A stretch of 64,000 nucleotides of DNA, taken from positions 2,598 through 66,597 of the forward strand of contig JAHDKI010000030.1 in NCBI GenBank assembly GCA_018436925.1. Reading direction: 5' to 3'. The translations under genes were made by a program, and so were the position numbers. Origin of the DNA: Syntrophaceae bacterium (GTDB lineage: Bacteria > Desulfobacterota > Syntrophia > Syntrophales > Smithellaceae). Of this stretch, positions 9,871 through 19,610 are shown piece by piece. Under the pieces are notes generated by a model. That model ran no database searches. It was not told the origin of the DNA and saw nothing but the letters and a program-made list of their open reading frames with translations. Each line of letters begins with the position of its first letter. Position 1 is the stretch's first letter.

Positions 9871-10044
9871 ATCGGCTCTGAACACCGGGGCGTGTTGCGC
9901 CTGATGTCGTGCATTAAACCAGGCGGAAGACGACTCGAAACCGATGCGATTGGCATTTGTGGCGGTTTTATCACAAAAAAAGCCTCCGCATGAGGCCGGG
10001 GCCGGCTATTCCCGCCCGGCCGGGAAACGGATAGCTCTCACGCG

Positions 10045-12840
10045 ATGATCGATTTGGCTTTCATTGTGCTTCTGCCTTTTGCCGGAAGCCTGCTTCCTTT
10101 TGCGGCCCGACGCTTGCGCCGGCCCTGGTGCACCTCGGCCGCCGTTATTCCCGCGGCGCTGACGCTTTTGCTTCTGATCCCGTATGTTCCCGGGATTCTG
10201 GGCGGCAAGACCTTTGTTTTTCATCAACCCTGGCTGGATGCCGCAGGCATGAGCCTGAGCCTGCGGCTCGACGGCTTGAGCTTCGTATTTGTTCTTCTGG
10301 TCTCGGGCATCGGCCTTCTGGTGACGCTGTATGCGCACTATTACCTTGCCGCCAAAGATCCCATGGGGCGTTTCTATGTTTATCTGCTGTGGTTCATGGG
10401 ATCGATGCTCGGCGTCGTGCTGTCGGAAAACCTGTTGTTGCTTTTTTTCTTCTGGGAACTGACCAGTCTGTCCTCATTTTTGCTGATCGGCTACTGGACA
10501 CACGATTCCGACGCGCGCAAAGGCGCGCGGATGGCGCTTATCGTCACCGGAGGCGGTGGGTTGGCGCTTCTGGCCGGAATTCTTCTTCTGGGGCGCATGG
10601 CCGGCAGCTATGAACTCTCCATCGTGCTGGCCTCGGGAGACCTGATCCGGAATCACACGCTTTACCCCGCGGCGCTCGTTTTGATTCTGCTGGGCGTTTT
10701 CACCAAATCCGCGCAGTTTCCGTTCCACTTCTGGCTGCCGCATGCCATGGCCGCGCCGACGCCCGTTTCGGCATATCTGCATTCGGCCACGATGGTCAAG
10801 GCGGGCGTGTTTCTTCTGGCGCGCCTGTATCCGGCGCTTTCCGGAACGGAGACCTGGTTTTATACCGTCACGCTGGTGGGACTCGCGACATTGCTTGTCG
10901 GCGCGGTCACAGCGCTCTTCCGGCATGATCTCAAGGGGCTTCTGGCCTATTCCACCATCAGCCATCTGGGGCTCATCACGCTGTTGTTCGGACTTAATTC
11001 CTCTCTGGCGGTGGTTGCGGCCGTCTTTCACATCATCAATCACGCGACGTTCAAGGCGTCGCTGTTTATGGCCGCGGGCATCATCGATCACGAAACCGGT
11101 ACGCGCGATATCCGCAGGCTCGGCGGCCTGTGGCGCTTTATGCCGCATACGGCAACCCTGGCCATGATCGCCGCGGCGGCCATGGCGGGCGTGCCGCTCT
11201 TCAACGGCTTTTTAAGCAAAGAAATGTTTTTTGACGAGGTGCTGCAGCTCAATATGGCCGCGCCGCTGCGGTTTTTCGTGCCGGTGGCGGCGACGCTGGC
11301 GGCGGTGTTTTCCGTGGCCTATTCGCTGCGATTCATCCATGACGTTTTTTTCAACGGCAAACCGTCCGATCTGCCGCACTATCCGCCCCACGAACCGCCG
11401 CGTTATATGAAGCTGCCCGTGGAAATTCTCGCGGGCGTCTGCCTGCTGGTCGGACTTCTGCCCGGCCTGACGGTGGCGCTTCCGCTTGCGGCCGCCGCAA
11501 AAGCCTCGCTGGGAGGAGCGCTTCCTTCCTACTCGCTGGCCATCTGGCATGGATTCAATCTTCCGCTCGCGATGAGCGCGATTGCGCTTATCGGCGGCGC
11601 CTGGCTTTATGTCAAGCGCAGGCGTTTTTTCGCGTGGAACCGGCGGCTGCCCAAACCGGACGCCGGCCGGATTTTCGAGGCCGCAACGAAGCGGATCGTT
11701 TTTGCCGCCTCCCGGTTCACCGCCTTTTGGGAAAACGCATCCCTGCAAAGCTACCTGGCCTGGATGCTGGCCGCGGCGCTGGCTGCGGCGGGCTTTCAGC
11801 TCATTTCGCTTGAGGCCCTGCATGGCGGCGTCGCGCTGGCGCCTGTCGATGAAGTTACGGCGGTGGCGGCCCTTCTTCTGATGGTTGCGACGCTGGCGAC
11901 GGTCGTCTGGCACAGACGACGATTGGTATCACTGGTGATGCTGAGCGTGGTGGGACTGATGGTGGCACTGGCCTTTGCGCGCTTTTCCGCGCCGGATCTG
12001 GCGCTGACGCAACTGTCGGTGGAAATGGTCACCATCATTCTCTTGATGCTGTCTCTTTTTTTCCTGCCCCGGACGACGCCCGTCGAATCGAGCCCGCTTC
12101 GGCGGGGCCGCGACATGGCGCTGGCCTCCGGCGCAGGCCTGTTGGTGGGGGGCCTGTCCTTTGCGATGCTTTCGCGCCCTTATGAAACCATTTCCGGTTT
12201 TTTTCTTCAAAAGAGCGTGCCGGAAGGCGGCGGCGCCAATGTGGTCAATGTCATTCTGGTGGACTTCCGAGGCTTCGACACGCTGGGCGAAATATCCGTT
12301 CTGGCCATCGCAGGGCTGGCGATCTACGCGATGATCGAGCAAATGAAACTCAACGTGCCTCAGACCGACGCGCTGAATCGCCCCTGGGCGATGGACGCCC
12401 ATCCGTTGATGCTCGTCAATCTCTCCCGCGTGATTCTGCCTCTGGCGCTTCTGATTTCCGTTTTCATTTTCTTTCGCGGCCACAACCTGCCGGGCGGCGG
12501 GTTCATCGCGGGGCTGATCACGGCCATTGCGCTGATTCTGCAATACATTGCAGGCGGCGCGGCCTGGACCTCCAAACGCTTCCGGGTAAATTTCCAGGTG
12601 CTGGCCGGGCTGGGCGTCGCCGTCGCGGGGCTGACCGGCGCGGCAAGCTTTTTCTTTCATCGTCCCTTTCTGACGAGCGCCTTCGGGCATGTGCGACTGC
12701 CGGCGCTGGGCGAGTTCGAGTGGGCCAGCGCCATGGCCTTTGATCTGGGTGTGTATCTGACTGTAGTCGGGGCGACGATGCTGATTTTATCGAATCTCGG
12801 GAAGCTCTCTACGGGACGGGTTTCGGGGAGGAAGATCTGA
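10045..12840 (+). CDS. mrpA: Na+(K+)/H+ antiporter Mrp/Mnh/Pha subunit A with fused subunit B (NuoL-like)
   Basis: 931-aa polytopic protein with NuoL/MrpA blocks (WELTSLSSFLLIGYW, PTPVSAYLHSATMVKAGVFLL). The C-terminal about 140 aa are MrpB-like. It is the first gene of a 6-gene operon with overlapping stops and starts. Confidence 0.9.
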   Translation: MIDLAFIVLLPFAGSLLPFAARRLRRPWCTSAAVIPAALTLLLLIPYVPGILGGKTFVFHQPWLDAAGMSLSLRLDGLSFVFVLLVSGIGLLVTLYAHYYLAAKDPMGRFYVYLLWFMGSMLGVVLSENLLLLFFFWELTSLSSFLLIGYWTHDSDARKGARMALIVTGGGGLALLAGILLLGRMAGSYELSIVLASGDLIRNHTLYPAALVLILLGVFTKSAQFPFHFWLPHAMAAPTPVSAYLHSATMVKAGVFLLARLYPALSGTETWFYTVTLVGLATLLVGAVTALFRHDLKGLLAYSTISHLGLITLLFGLNSSLAVVAAVFHIINHATFKASLFMAAGIIDHETGTRDIRRLGGLWRFMPHTATLAMIAAAAMAGVPLFNGFLSKEMFFDEVLQLNMAAPLRFFVPVAATLAAVFSVAYSLRFIHDVFFNGKPSDLPHYPPHEPPRYMKLPVEILAGVCLLVGLLPGLTVALPLAAAAKASLGGALPSYSLAIWHGFNLPLAMSAIALIGGAWLYVKRRRFFAWNRRLPKPDAGRIFEAATKRIVFAASRFTAFWENASLQSYLAWMLAAALAAAGFQLISLEALHGGVALAPVDEVTAVAALLLMVATLATVVWHRRRLVSLVMLSVVGLMVALAFARFSAPDLALTQLSVEMVTIILLMLSLFFLPRTTPVESSPLRRGRDMALASGAGLLVGGLSFAMLSRPYETISGFFLQKSVPEGGGANVVNVILVDFRGFDTLGEISVLAIAGLAIYAMIEQMKLNVPQTDALNRPWAMDAHPLMLVNLSRVILPLALLISVFIFFRGHNLPGGGFIAGLITAIALILQYIAGGAAWTSKRFRVNFQVLAGLGVAVAGLTGAASFFFHRPFLTSAFGHVRLPALGEFEWASAMAFDLGVYLTVVGATMLILSNLGKLSTGRVSGRKI

Positions 12841-13169
12841 TGGAGCTTCTCTATTCAATGGTTCTGGGAGGACTGGCCGCCGCCGGCGTCTATCTGCTGT
12901 TGCGGGGGCGCACGTTTCCGGTCGTCGTGGGTCTGACGCTGCTGAGCTATGCGGTGAACCTCTTTTTGTTCGCCACCGGACGGCTCGCGACGGGGCTTCC
13001 CGCCGTCATCGGACACAGTGAAACTTACGCCGATCCGCTGCCGCAGGCCCTGGTGCTCACCGCCATTGTGATCGGTTTCGCGCTGACGGCGCTCGCGGTC
13101 ATCCTGGCGCTGGCGGCGCTTTCCGCCTCCGGGCACGACGGCGTGGACGACGAAAAGGAGCAGCCGTGA
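12840..13169 (+). CDS. mrpC: Mrp antiporter subunit C (NuoK-like)
   Basis: Its ATG shares one nt with the mrpA stop. 109 aa with 3 TM segments, at the canonical position in the operon. Confidence 0.85.
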   Translation: MELLYSMVLGGLAAAGVYLLLRGRTFPVVVGLTLLSYAVNLFLFATGRLATGLPAVIGHSETYADPLPQALVLTAIVIGFALTALAVILALAALSASGHDGVDDEKEQP

Positions 13170-14689
13170 ATCATCTGCCGATCCTGCCCATTTTAATTCC
13201 TCTGTTTGCCGGCGCGATCATGGCGATGATTCCGGGCGATCGCCTGCCGCTCAAAAGACTTATATCGTCTTTGGCAGCATTCTTGCAGATTCCCGTCGCC
13301 GTCGGGCTTCTGATCGGGGCAGGCGGTGGCGTCCTGGTGTACCGCTTGGGCGACTGGCCCGCGCCGTTCGGCATTATTTTAGCGGTTGACCGTCTGTCGG
13401 CGCTCATGCTTTTTGTCGCCTCGATTCTGGCTGCGGCCGCCTGGCTATACGCCCTGCGCGGCGACGACCGCCAGGGACGGGGCTTTCACGCGCTTTTTCA
13501 GTTTCAGATAATGGGCATCTTCGGCGCTTTCCTCACCGGCGATCTGTTCAACCTGTTCGTGTTTTTTGAAATCCTGCTGATCGCTTCCTACGCGCTCTTG
13601 CTGCATGGCCGGACGACCGACCGCATCCGCGCGGGACTGCATTACGTCCTTCTCAATATTTTCGGATCTTCTTTGTTTCTGATTGCCGTGGGCGCGCTCT
13701 ACGCGATGACCGGCACGCTCAACATGGCCGACATGGCGCTTCGCATCGCTTCCGCCCCGCCTGCGGATGCGCCGCTTCTGGGGGCCGCCGGAACGCTTCT
13801 GATCATCGTCTTCGGCCTCAAGGCGGCCGTGTTTCCGCTTTATTTCTGGCTGCCGCGCGCGTATGCGGCCGCCGCGGCGCCGGTGGCCGCGCTGTTTGCC
13901 ATCATGACCAAAGTGGGACTATATTCGATCCTGAGGGTCCATACGCTGATTTTCGGCGCGGATGCAGGCGACCTGTCCGGGCTTGTCCACGAAGCGCTGT
14001 GGATCGTCGCCCTGATCACGCTGGTGGCCGGATGCATCGGAGCGCTTGGGGCCGCCTCGCTCGAAAGGCTTGTTGCGTATCTGGTTATCGTGTCGGTCGG
14101 AACCATTGCCGCCGGTCTGGCGCTGCAAACGCCCGAAGCGATTGCGGCGACACTGTACTATCTGATCCATTCCACCTGGATTGCCGGCGCTCTTTTTCTT
14201 CTGGCCGGAGAATTCGCCCGGATGCGCGGCGAGGCGATCGGCGGACGATTCGTCCCCGGCCCGCCCTTGCCCCGTCCCATGCTTTTGGGCGGCCTGTTTT
14301 TTGCCGCGGCGGTCTCCGTCGCGGGCATGCCGCCTCTGTCGGGTTTTATCGGCAAACTGCTTTTGCTGTCCATCGTGCCCACCGGTTGGCAGACGGTCTT
14401 TTTTTACGCCGCCTTACTGGGCGGAGGGCTTCTGGTGATCACCGCGCTTGGCCGCGCGGGCAGCACCCTCTTTTGGCGCACGGACGCCCGTCTGCCGGGC
14501 GCCGCCGGATGCGATGCCGTGCGGCTTTCCGCCGCCGTCCTCCTTTTAACCGCAGGTGTTTTGCTGGTGATTCTGGCCCAGCCGCTCATGGACTATCTGG
14601 AAGCGGCGGCTGCATCCCTCATCGATCCGAAAGAGTATATCCGGGCGGTTCTACCTGCGGTGTCAGGGGCCAAAGGAGGCGCGCCATGA
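13166..14689 (+). CDS. mrpD: Mrp antiporter subunit D (NuoM/N-like)
   Basis: GTG overlaps the mrpC stop (GTGA). 507 aa with proton-conducting membrane transporter motifs (FFEILLIASYALL, YFWLPRAY). Confidence 0.9.
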   Translation: MNHLPILPILIPLFAGAIMAMIPGDRLPLKRLISSLAAFLQIPVAVGLLIGAGGGVLVYRLGDWPAPFGIILAVDRLSALMLFVASILAAAAWLYALRGDDRQGRGFHALFQFQIMGIFGAFLTGDLFNLFVFFEILLIASYALLLHGRTTDRIRAGLHYVLLNIFGSSLFLIAVGALYAMTGTLNMADMALRIASAPPADAPLLGAAGTLLIIVFGLKAAVFPLYFWLPRAYAAAAAPVAALFAIMTKVGLYSILRVHTLIFGADAGDLSGLVHEALWIVALITLVAGCIGALGAASLERLVAYLVIVSVGTIAAGLALQTPEAIAATLYYLIHSTWIAGALFLLAGEFARMRGEAIGGRFVPGPPLPRPMLLGGLFFAAAVSVAGMPPLSGFIGKLLLLSIVPTGWQTVFFYAALLGGGLLVITALGRAGSTLFWRTDARLPGAAGCDAVRLSAAVLLLTAGVLLVILAQPLMDYLEAAAASLIDPKEYIRAVLPAVSGAKGGAP

Positions 14690-15198
14690 CCTTTTGGCGA
14701 AAGCTTGTCCCGCATCCCTGGCTGAGTTTATTTCTCTTCGGCGTCTGGCAGCTTCTGATGAACGATCTGTCGCCTGCGACGCTCGCCGCAGGCGCGCTTC
14801 TGGCCTTGGGCATTCCATTTTTAACACGGCGCTTCTGGCCGGACCCGCCGCGCCTGCAAAAGCCTTTTGTCGCGCTTAAACTGCTGTGGCGCGTCATCGG
14901 CGATATCATCGCCGCCAACTGGCAGGTTGCTTTGCTGATTCTGGGGCCGGTCAAGAAACTGCGTCCCGCTTTTGTCTGTTATCCGCTGGCGCTTACCGAT
15001 CCGTTCGCCATCAGCGTGCTGGCCAGCATCATTTCGCTGACGCCCGGGACGGTTACGGCCGATGTCAGTCCGGACCATCAAACCCTGCTCATCCATGTGC
15101 TGGATGTCGCAGACGAACGGGAACTCATCTCGACGATCCGAACCCGTTACGAACAACCGCTTCTGGAGGTGTTTCCATGCTCGAAAACGTCATCCTGA
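14686..15198 (+). CDS. mrpE: Mrp antiporter subunit E
   Basis: ATGA overlap with the mrpD stop. The listed 13999 start is a spurious extension through mrpD. MTFWRKLVPHPWLSLFLFGVWQLL... is a typical MnhE N-terminus. Confidence 0.8.
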   Translation: MTFWRKLVPHPWLSLFLFGVWQLLMNDLSPATLAAGALLALGIPFLTRRFWPDPPRLQKPFVALKLLWRVIGDIIAANWQVALLILGPVKKLRPAFVCYPLALTDPFAISVLASIISLTPGTVTADVSPDHQTLLIHVLDVADERELISTIRTRYEQPLLEVFPCSKTSS

Positions 15199-15446
15199 TC
15201 AGCCTGGGCATCATGTCGGCCGCCGCGATCCTCAATACGCTGAGGCTCCTTGCGGGCCCGGATCTGCCGGACCGCATCCTCGCGCTGGATACGCTCTACA
15301 TCAACGCGATTGCGCTCATCATTCTTCTGGGCCTGTATCTGGCGTCGGACCTGTTTTTCGAGGCGGCGCTGCTTCTGGCTGTGATGGGATTTGTCGGCAC
15401 GGTCGCCGTGGCCAAGCATCTGATGCGCGGCGACATCATCGAATAA
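15177..15446 (+). CDS. mrpF: Mrp antiporter subunit F
   Basis: ATG at 15177 overlaps the mrpE 3' end. 89 aa with 3 TM segments, and LAGPDLPDRILALDTL is typical of MnhF/PhaF. Confidence 0.8.
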   Translation: MLENVILISLGIMSAAAILNTLRLLAGPDLPDRILALDTLYINAIALIILLGLYLASDLFFEAALLLAVMGFVGTVAVAKHLMRGDIIE

Positions 15447-15458
15447 GGAGGCGACGGA

Positions 15459-15797
15459 ATGGATATTTCTTTCTGGGTGGACGCGGTTGTGGCCGCGCTG
15501 ATTCTGACCGGCAGCCTTTTTGCGCTTATCGGGTCCATCGGCCTGTGGAAGCTGCCGGATTTTTTTATGCGCCTGCACGGACCGACCAAGGCGACCACGC
15601 TGGGCGTGGGTTCTCTGGTGATCGGATCGCTGGTCTATTTCAGTTCGCGCGGGGAGGGCTTAAGCCTCCATGAATTGCTCATCACCCTTTTTCTTTTCAT
15701 CACCGCGCCGGTTTCCGCCCACCTGCTGGCCAAGGCCGCCATGCATCAGCGCGTCGGGCGAATTGAAAAAACGAAAGGACGGATCTGGCCGCAGTAG
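15459..15797 (+). CDS. mrpG: Mrp antiporter subunit G
   Basis: AAGGAGG lies upstream. LFALIGSIGLWKLPDFFMRLHGPTKATTLG is the MnhG signature region. Confidence 0.85.
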   Translation: MDISFWVDAVVAALILTGSLFALIGSIGLWKLPDFFMRLHGPTKATTLGVGSLVIGSLVYFSSRGEGLSLHELLITLFLFITAPVSAHLLAKAAMHQRVGRIEKTKGRIWPQ

Positions 15798-15820
15798 CAA
15801 GTCCGGGGCCGCTACTTTTT
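15794..15820 (+). terminator. Possible intrinsic terminator of the mrp operon
   Basis: AGTAGC (15794-15799) pairs with GCTACT (15811-15816) across an 11-nt loop, followed by T5. It overlaps the stop region of the convergent M14 peptidase gene. Confidence 0.35.
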
Positions 15821-16861
15821 CACCAGACGCGTGTTCGGCGGCGTGCCGACGACCGGCAGGCCGATGAATTTTAGAAACGCCGGCTGAAACCGCCGGAAAT
15901 ACTCTTCGCCCCGCGCCGGGTCGGATGTGGGCAACTCCAGCGTCAGTGTAAAGATATTGCGCTCGTTGCCGGCGTAATTGCCCAGCGAGCCGGGATAGTA
16001 GCCGAACTTGCGCAGCGGATGATTGGCTTCGCGCGAGATTTGCTCCATCCATTGCTCGAAAGAATCCAAATCCGCCGACGGCCCGTCATAGTCGAAAAAG
16101 TTAAGCGGCGAATGAACGCTCAGAATTTTTTGCGGCTTAAACCGTTTAATCAAAGCGATCTGAAAAAGCGTTTCCTGTTCGGACGCGGCTTTGGATCCGG
16201 GATAGTAGCGTTTGTTCTTCCGGCCTTTCGTCGCCCAGTGTCTGTGCGCGTCGGAATGCCACTTACGCGTGGGGAAATTGCGGTTCAAATCGACACCGGC
16301 GGCATTGGTCCGGGTGGGCCTATCAGCCAGGTAGCCGTCTGGATTCACCAGCGGCGCAATCACCACGCATCGGCCTTTAACCACCTCGGGATTCTCCTGA
16401 AGATAATGCGCCAGCCTGAACATCAGATAGACCGTCGGCAGCTCGTCGCCGTGAACGCCGCCCATAAACAGCATGCAGTTATTCGTTTCGTCTCCGTAAT
16501 AGGCGAACATCAAAGGATGATGGTTGCGGGTTTTTCGGTGATACTCCCATCGGATGTCGGTCAAGCGGATATCGCTCCATCCGTATCTCGTGTTTTGCTT
16601 ATTGAGCCGGTTTAAGAAACCGGCCAGCTCGACGGAGACCGCAACCGGCGGGGCAGCGGATTGCGCCTTCGAGAAAGGCTCTGAAATGACGGACGGCGCC
16701 TGGTCAAGAGGGGACTGGGCCGTTTTCTCTTTTTCCGCAGCCGGATGGAAAAACAAAAAACCCACCGCCAATATCAGTGCTCCCGCGATCAACAAAGCGG
16801 CGGCCCATCGTCTGCGCGACTTCTTCTTTTTCCGGTTTGAGAACTGCTTTGAAACCTCCAT
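15812..16861 (-). CDS. M14 zinc carboxypeptidase-like protein (MpaA / gamma-D-Glu-DAP amidase-like), membrane-anchored
   Basis: N-terminal anchor, then GGVHGDELPT (HxxE zinc motif), NPDGY, and NRNFP blocks typical of the M14 family. Confidence 0.75.
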   Translation of the reverse strand: MEVSKQFSNRKKKKSRRRWAAALLIAGALILAVGFLFFHPAAEKEKTAQSPLDQAPSVISEPFSKAQSAAPPVAVSVELAGFLNRLNKQNTRYGWSDIRLTDIRWEYHRKTRNHHPLMFAYYGDETNNCMLFMGGVHGDELPTVYLMFRLAHYLQENPEVVKGRCVVIAPLVNPDGYLADRPTRTNAAGVDLNRNFPTRKWHSDAHRHWATKGRKNKRYYPGSKAASEQETLFQIALIKRFKPQKILSVHSPLNFFDYDGPSADLDSFEQWMEQISREANHPLRKFGYYPGSLGNYAGNERNIFTLTLELPTSDPARGEEYFRRFQPAFLKFIGLPVVGTPPNTRLVKK

Positions 16862-16896
16862 CCGTGTAAAACTCCCGTTCGTTGTCTTTGTGGGCC

Positions 16897-18345
16897 TTAT
16901 CGGATCGCCGGACAGGCGTTTTTCAACCGGCGGCGCGTCTCGTCCTTTCCCAAAACGGCAAACACCCGATCCAGTTCCGGTCCGGTCGTCCGTCCGGTCA
17001 GTGCGGCCCGCAAGGGCATGAACAGCGCTTTGCCCTTGAACCCGAGCGTTTTTTTCACGTGGCCGATCGCGCCGGCATAAAGCTCTTGAGGGCCGCCCTC
17101 GTTTTCGGAAAGATAGCGATCGAAGGCCGCCAACACAGACGGCGCGCCCGGCTGATCGAGAATACTTGCCGCCTCCGGATCGACCCCGACAAGGTCGTTC
17201 AGAAACGGCGAGGCGTGATGGCCGATATCCGAAAGCGTGGTCAGATCGTTTTTGACAAGATCGACAACTTGCAACAGCCGATCCGGTTCAATCGTTTCGG
17301 ACTCGAATCCGGCCTGCTTCAAGAAAGGCCCCAGCGGCGAAATCAAAGATTGAGCCGAACGGCCGCGAAGGTGGACGGCGTTGAGCCAGCGCAGTTTATC
17401 TTCATCGAATACCGCGCCGCTTTTTGATGCGCGTTCAAGCGCAAAAGCGTCAATCATCTCGGCGGGCGTCAGCACTTCGCGCCCTTCGGCGAACGAACTG
17501 CCCAAAAGCCCCAGATAATTGAGAAGCGCTTCGGGCAGATAGCCTTGCCTGCGGAATTCACCCACGGAAACGGCCCCGTGCCGCTTGCTGAGTTTCAAAT
17601 GATCCTTGCCCAGAATCAGGCAGTGATGGCCGAAAACCGGAGGCTCATAGCCGAATGCGCGATAGAGCATGATTTGCAAGGCCGTATTGGAAAGATGGTC
17701 TTCGCCGCGAATGACATGCGAAATGCGCATGTGATGATCGTCGATGACCACCGCAAAGTTATAGGCGGGCATCCCGTTGGACCGCACGATGATGAAATCG
17801 CCGACGGCTTCGCCTTCGATGCGGACGGCCCCGCGGATCAGGTCGTCAAAAGCCACCGACGCCGCCGGCACCTTGAAACGCCAGGAGGGTTTTCTGCCCT
17901 GAGCTTCCAGCGCCCGGCGCTGGGCGTCCGACAGGGTTTTGCATTTGCCCAGGTACCGCGGCATGCGTTTGCTCAGGATGAGCATCCGGCGTTCCTCTTC
18001 CAGTTCCTCGGGGGTGCAGTAGCAGGGATAGACGCAATCGGCGTCAATGAGTTTTTTCAGATGCGCGGCATACAGATCGAGCCTTTCGCTCTGACGGTAA
18101 GGTCCGTAAGCCCCGCCCTTTTCCGGCCCCTCGTCCCAGGTGAGCCCCAGCCAGGTCAGATCGTCAATGAGGGCCGTCTGATAGGACAGCGCGCTGCGCG
18201 TCTCATCCGTGTCTTCAATGCGCAGCACGAACGTCCCGCCGGTGTGGCGGGCAAATAGCCAGTTGAAAAGCGCCGTGCGGGCATTGCCCACATGCAGCTC
18301 GCCGGTGGGCGAGGGAGCGAAACGGACTCGAAATTCACAGGCCAT
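16897..18345 (-). CDS. gltX: Glutamate--tRNA ligase
   Basis: [26 protein letters not shown] (HIGH region) and LSKRHG (KMSKS variant). 482 aa. Confidence 0.95.
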   Translation of the reverse strand: MACEFRVRFAPSPTGELHVGNARTALFNWLFARHTGGTFVLRIEDTDETRSALSYQTALIDDLTWLGLTWDEGPEKGGAYGPYRQSERLDLYAAHLKKLIDADCVYPCYCTPEELEEERRMLILSKRMPRYLGKCKTLSDAQRRALEAQGRKPSWRFKVPAASVAFDDLIRGAVRIEGEAVGDFIIVRSNGMPAYNFAVVIDDHHMRISHVIRGEDHLSNTALQIMLYRAFGYEPPVFGHHCLILGKDHLKLSKRHGAVSVGEFRRQGYLPEALLNYLGLLGSSFAEGREVLTPAEMIDAFALERASKSGAVFDEDKLRWLNAVHLRGRSAQSLISPLGPFLKQAGFESETIEPDRLLQVVDLVKNDLTTLSDIGHHASPFLNDLVGVDPEAASILDQPGAPSVLAAFDRYLSENEGGPQELYAGAIGHVKKTLGFKGKALFMPLRAALTGRTTGPELDRVFAVLGKDETRRRLKNACPAIR

Positions 18346-19525
18346 GGGTTATCCTTTCGGCGACGGTCGCCGAGGCGAAGACGGCAATGCCCTCTCCTCG
18401 CCCCACAAATCCCATGCCTTCATTCGTCTTGGCCTTGATGCTGATCCGGGACACGGCGATGCCCAGCGTGCGTGCAAGATTGGCCCGCATCGCATCGGCG
18501 TGCGGCGCGAGTTTGGGCTTTTCCAAAATGACCGTCGCATCGACATGAGAAACGACCAGTCCCGCCCCATCGAGCAGGGTTTTGATCCGAGACAAAAGGA
18601 CAAGACTGTCGGCGTTGGCGTAGGCCGGATCCGTGTCCGGAAAATGCCTTCCGATATCGCCCAGCGCGGCCGCGCCCAAAAGCGCGTCGCCGATGGCATG
18701 AACGAGCGCGTCGGCATCCGAATGCCCTGCAAGTCCCCGGCTGAATGGAATATCAACGCCGCCCAGAATCAGTTTGCGGTTTTCCACCAGCCGGTGCGAG
18801 TCATAGCCGAATCCGGCTCGGATAGGCCGGCTGTCTCCTCTTTCAGAGGTCATGCGTCTTGCCGCCATCGCCAGATCTTCCGGCGTGGTAATTTTGATAT
18901 TGAAGGCCGCTCCTTCGACCATTGTGACGATCCCGCCCGCATGCTCCACCAGCGAGGCATCGTCCGTGCCTGTATAGTCGTCCCGCGCGGCCTGCTCGTG
19001 CGCCCGGCATAAAAGGTCGAAGGAAAAGGCCTGCGGCGTTTGAACCAGCCAAAGCGCCTCGCGCGGCAGGGTCTGCTCGACCCGGCCGTCGGCCGACGCT
19101 TTCTTGATGGTGTCGGTGGCGCGGACGCCCGCGCAGGCTGCGCCGGTCGTCGAGGCGGCCTCAAGCACGCGACCGATCATCGCCTCGGTGACCAACGGAC
19201 GCACGCCATCGTGAACGATCACGAAATCACACGGCCGGGAAACGGCCTGAAGACCGTTATAGACCGAATCCTGCCTTCTTTCGCCGCCGGCCACAACCGC
19301 CGCAATCCGGTTCAATCCATAAAAAGAAACGATCTTTTCCCGGACAAAGTCCAGATCCGCGACGGGAACGACCACGATGATTTGGTCGACGGCAGGCGCG
19401 GCGCAAAAGACGCCGAGCGTGTGGGCCAAAACGGGTCTTTCGCCGAGCATCCTGTACTGTTTGGCCTGATCGCCGCCAAACCGGCGGCCCGAGCCGCCCG
19501 CGCAAATAATTGCCGCTGCCTTCAT
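18335..19525 (-). CDS. ispDF: Bifunctional 2-C-methyl-D-erythritol 4-phosphate cytidylyltransferase / 2,4-cyclodiphosphate synthase
   Basis: N-terminal IspD ([13 protein letters not shown]) fused to C-terminal IspF (GFGYDSHRL ... [11 protein letters not shown] ... [10 protein letters not shown]). Overlaps the gltX start by 11 nt. Confidence 0.95.
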   Translation of the reverse strand: MKAAAIICAGGSGRRFGGDQAKQYRMLGERPVLAHTLGVFCAAPAVDQIIVVVPVADLDFVREKIVSFYGLNRIAAVVAGGERRQDSVYNGLQAVSRPCDFVIVHDGVRPLVTEAMIGRVLEAASTTGAACAGVRATDTIKKASADGRVEQTLPREALWLVQTPQAFSFDLLCRAHEQAARDDYTGTDDASLVEHAGGIVTMVEGAAFNIKITTPEDLAMAARRMTSERGDSRPIRAGFGYDSHRLVENRKLILGGVDIPFSRGLAGHSDADALVHAIGDALLGAAALGDIGRHFPDTDPAYANADSLVLLSRIKTLLDGAGLVVSHVDATVILEKPKLAPHADAMRANLARTLGIAVSRISIKAKTNEGMGFVGRGEGIAVFASATVAERITHGL

Positions 19526-19534
19526 AGCCCTCTT

Positions 19535-19568
19535 AAAAAAAAGGCCCGGGAAAGGGTTTCCCCGGGCC
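19535..19568 (-). terminator. Strong intrinsic terminator-like hairpin between yacL-like gene and ispDF
   Basis: On the minus strand: GGCCCGGG-gaaacccttt-CCCGGGCC (8 G/C pairs, 10-nt loop) followed by T8. The T-tract ends 9 nt before the ispDF ATG. Confidence 0.7.
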
Positions 19569-19610
19569 TTGCGCCAGAGTTACACTTTCCGGCCAAATCG
19601 TTTCTCGCGC

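Noticed and set aside
9975-9996. Hairpin GCCTC-cgcat-GAGGC preceded by A7 on the plus strand, which is a stem plus T7 on the minus strand, just upstream of mrpA.
   Set aside because: It would be a minus-strand terminator, but no minus-strand gene reads into it. The 5-bp stem is short. It may be fortuitous or part of the mrpA leader, and is not strong enough to report.
13999-14685. N-terminal 229 codons of the listed 399-aa ORF 13999..15198.
   Set aside because: This part overlaps mrpD out of frame and is Arg/Pro-rich nonsense. The genuine MrpE begins at ATG 14686, which overlaps the mrpD stop.
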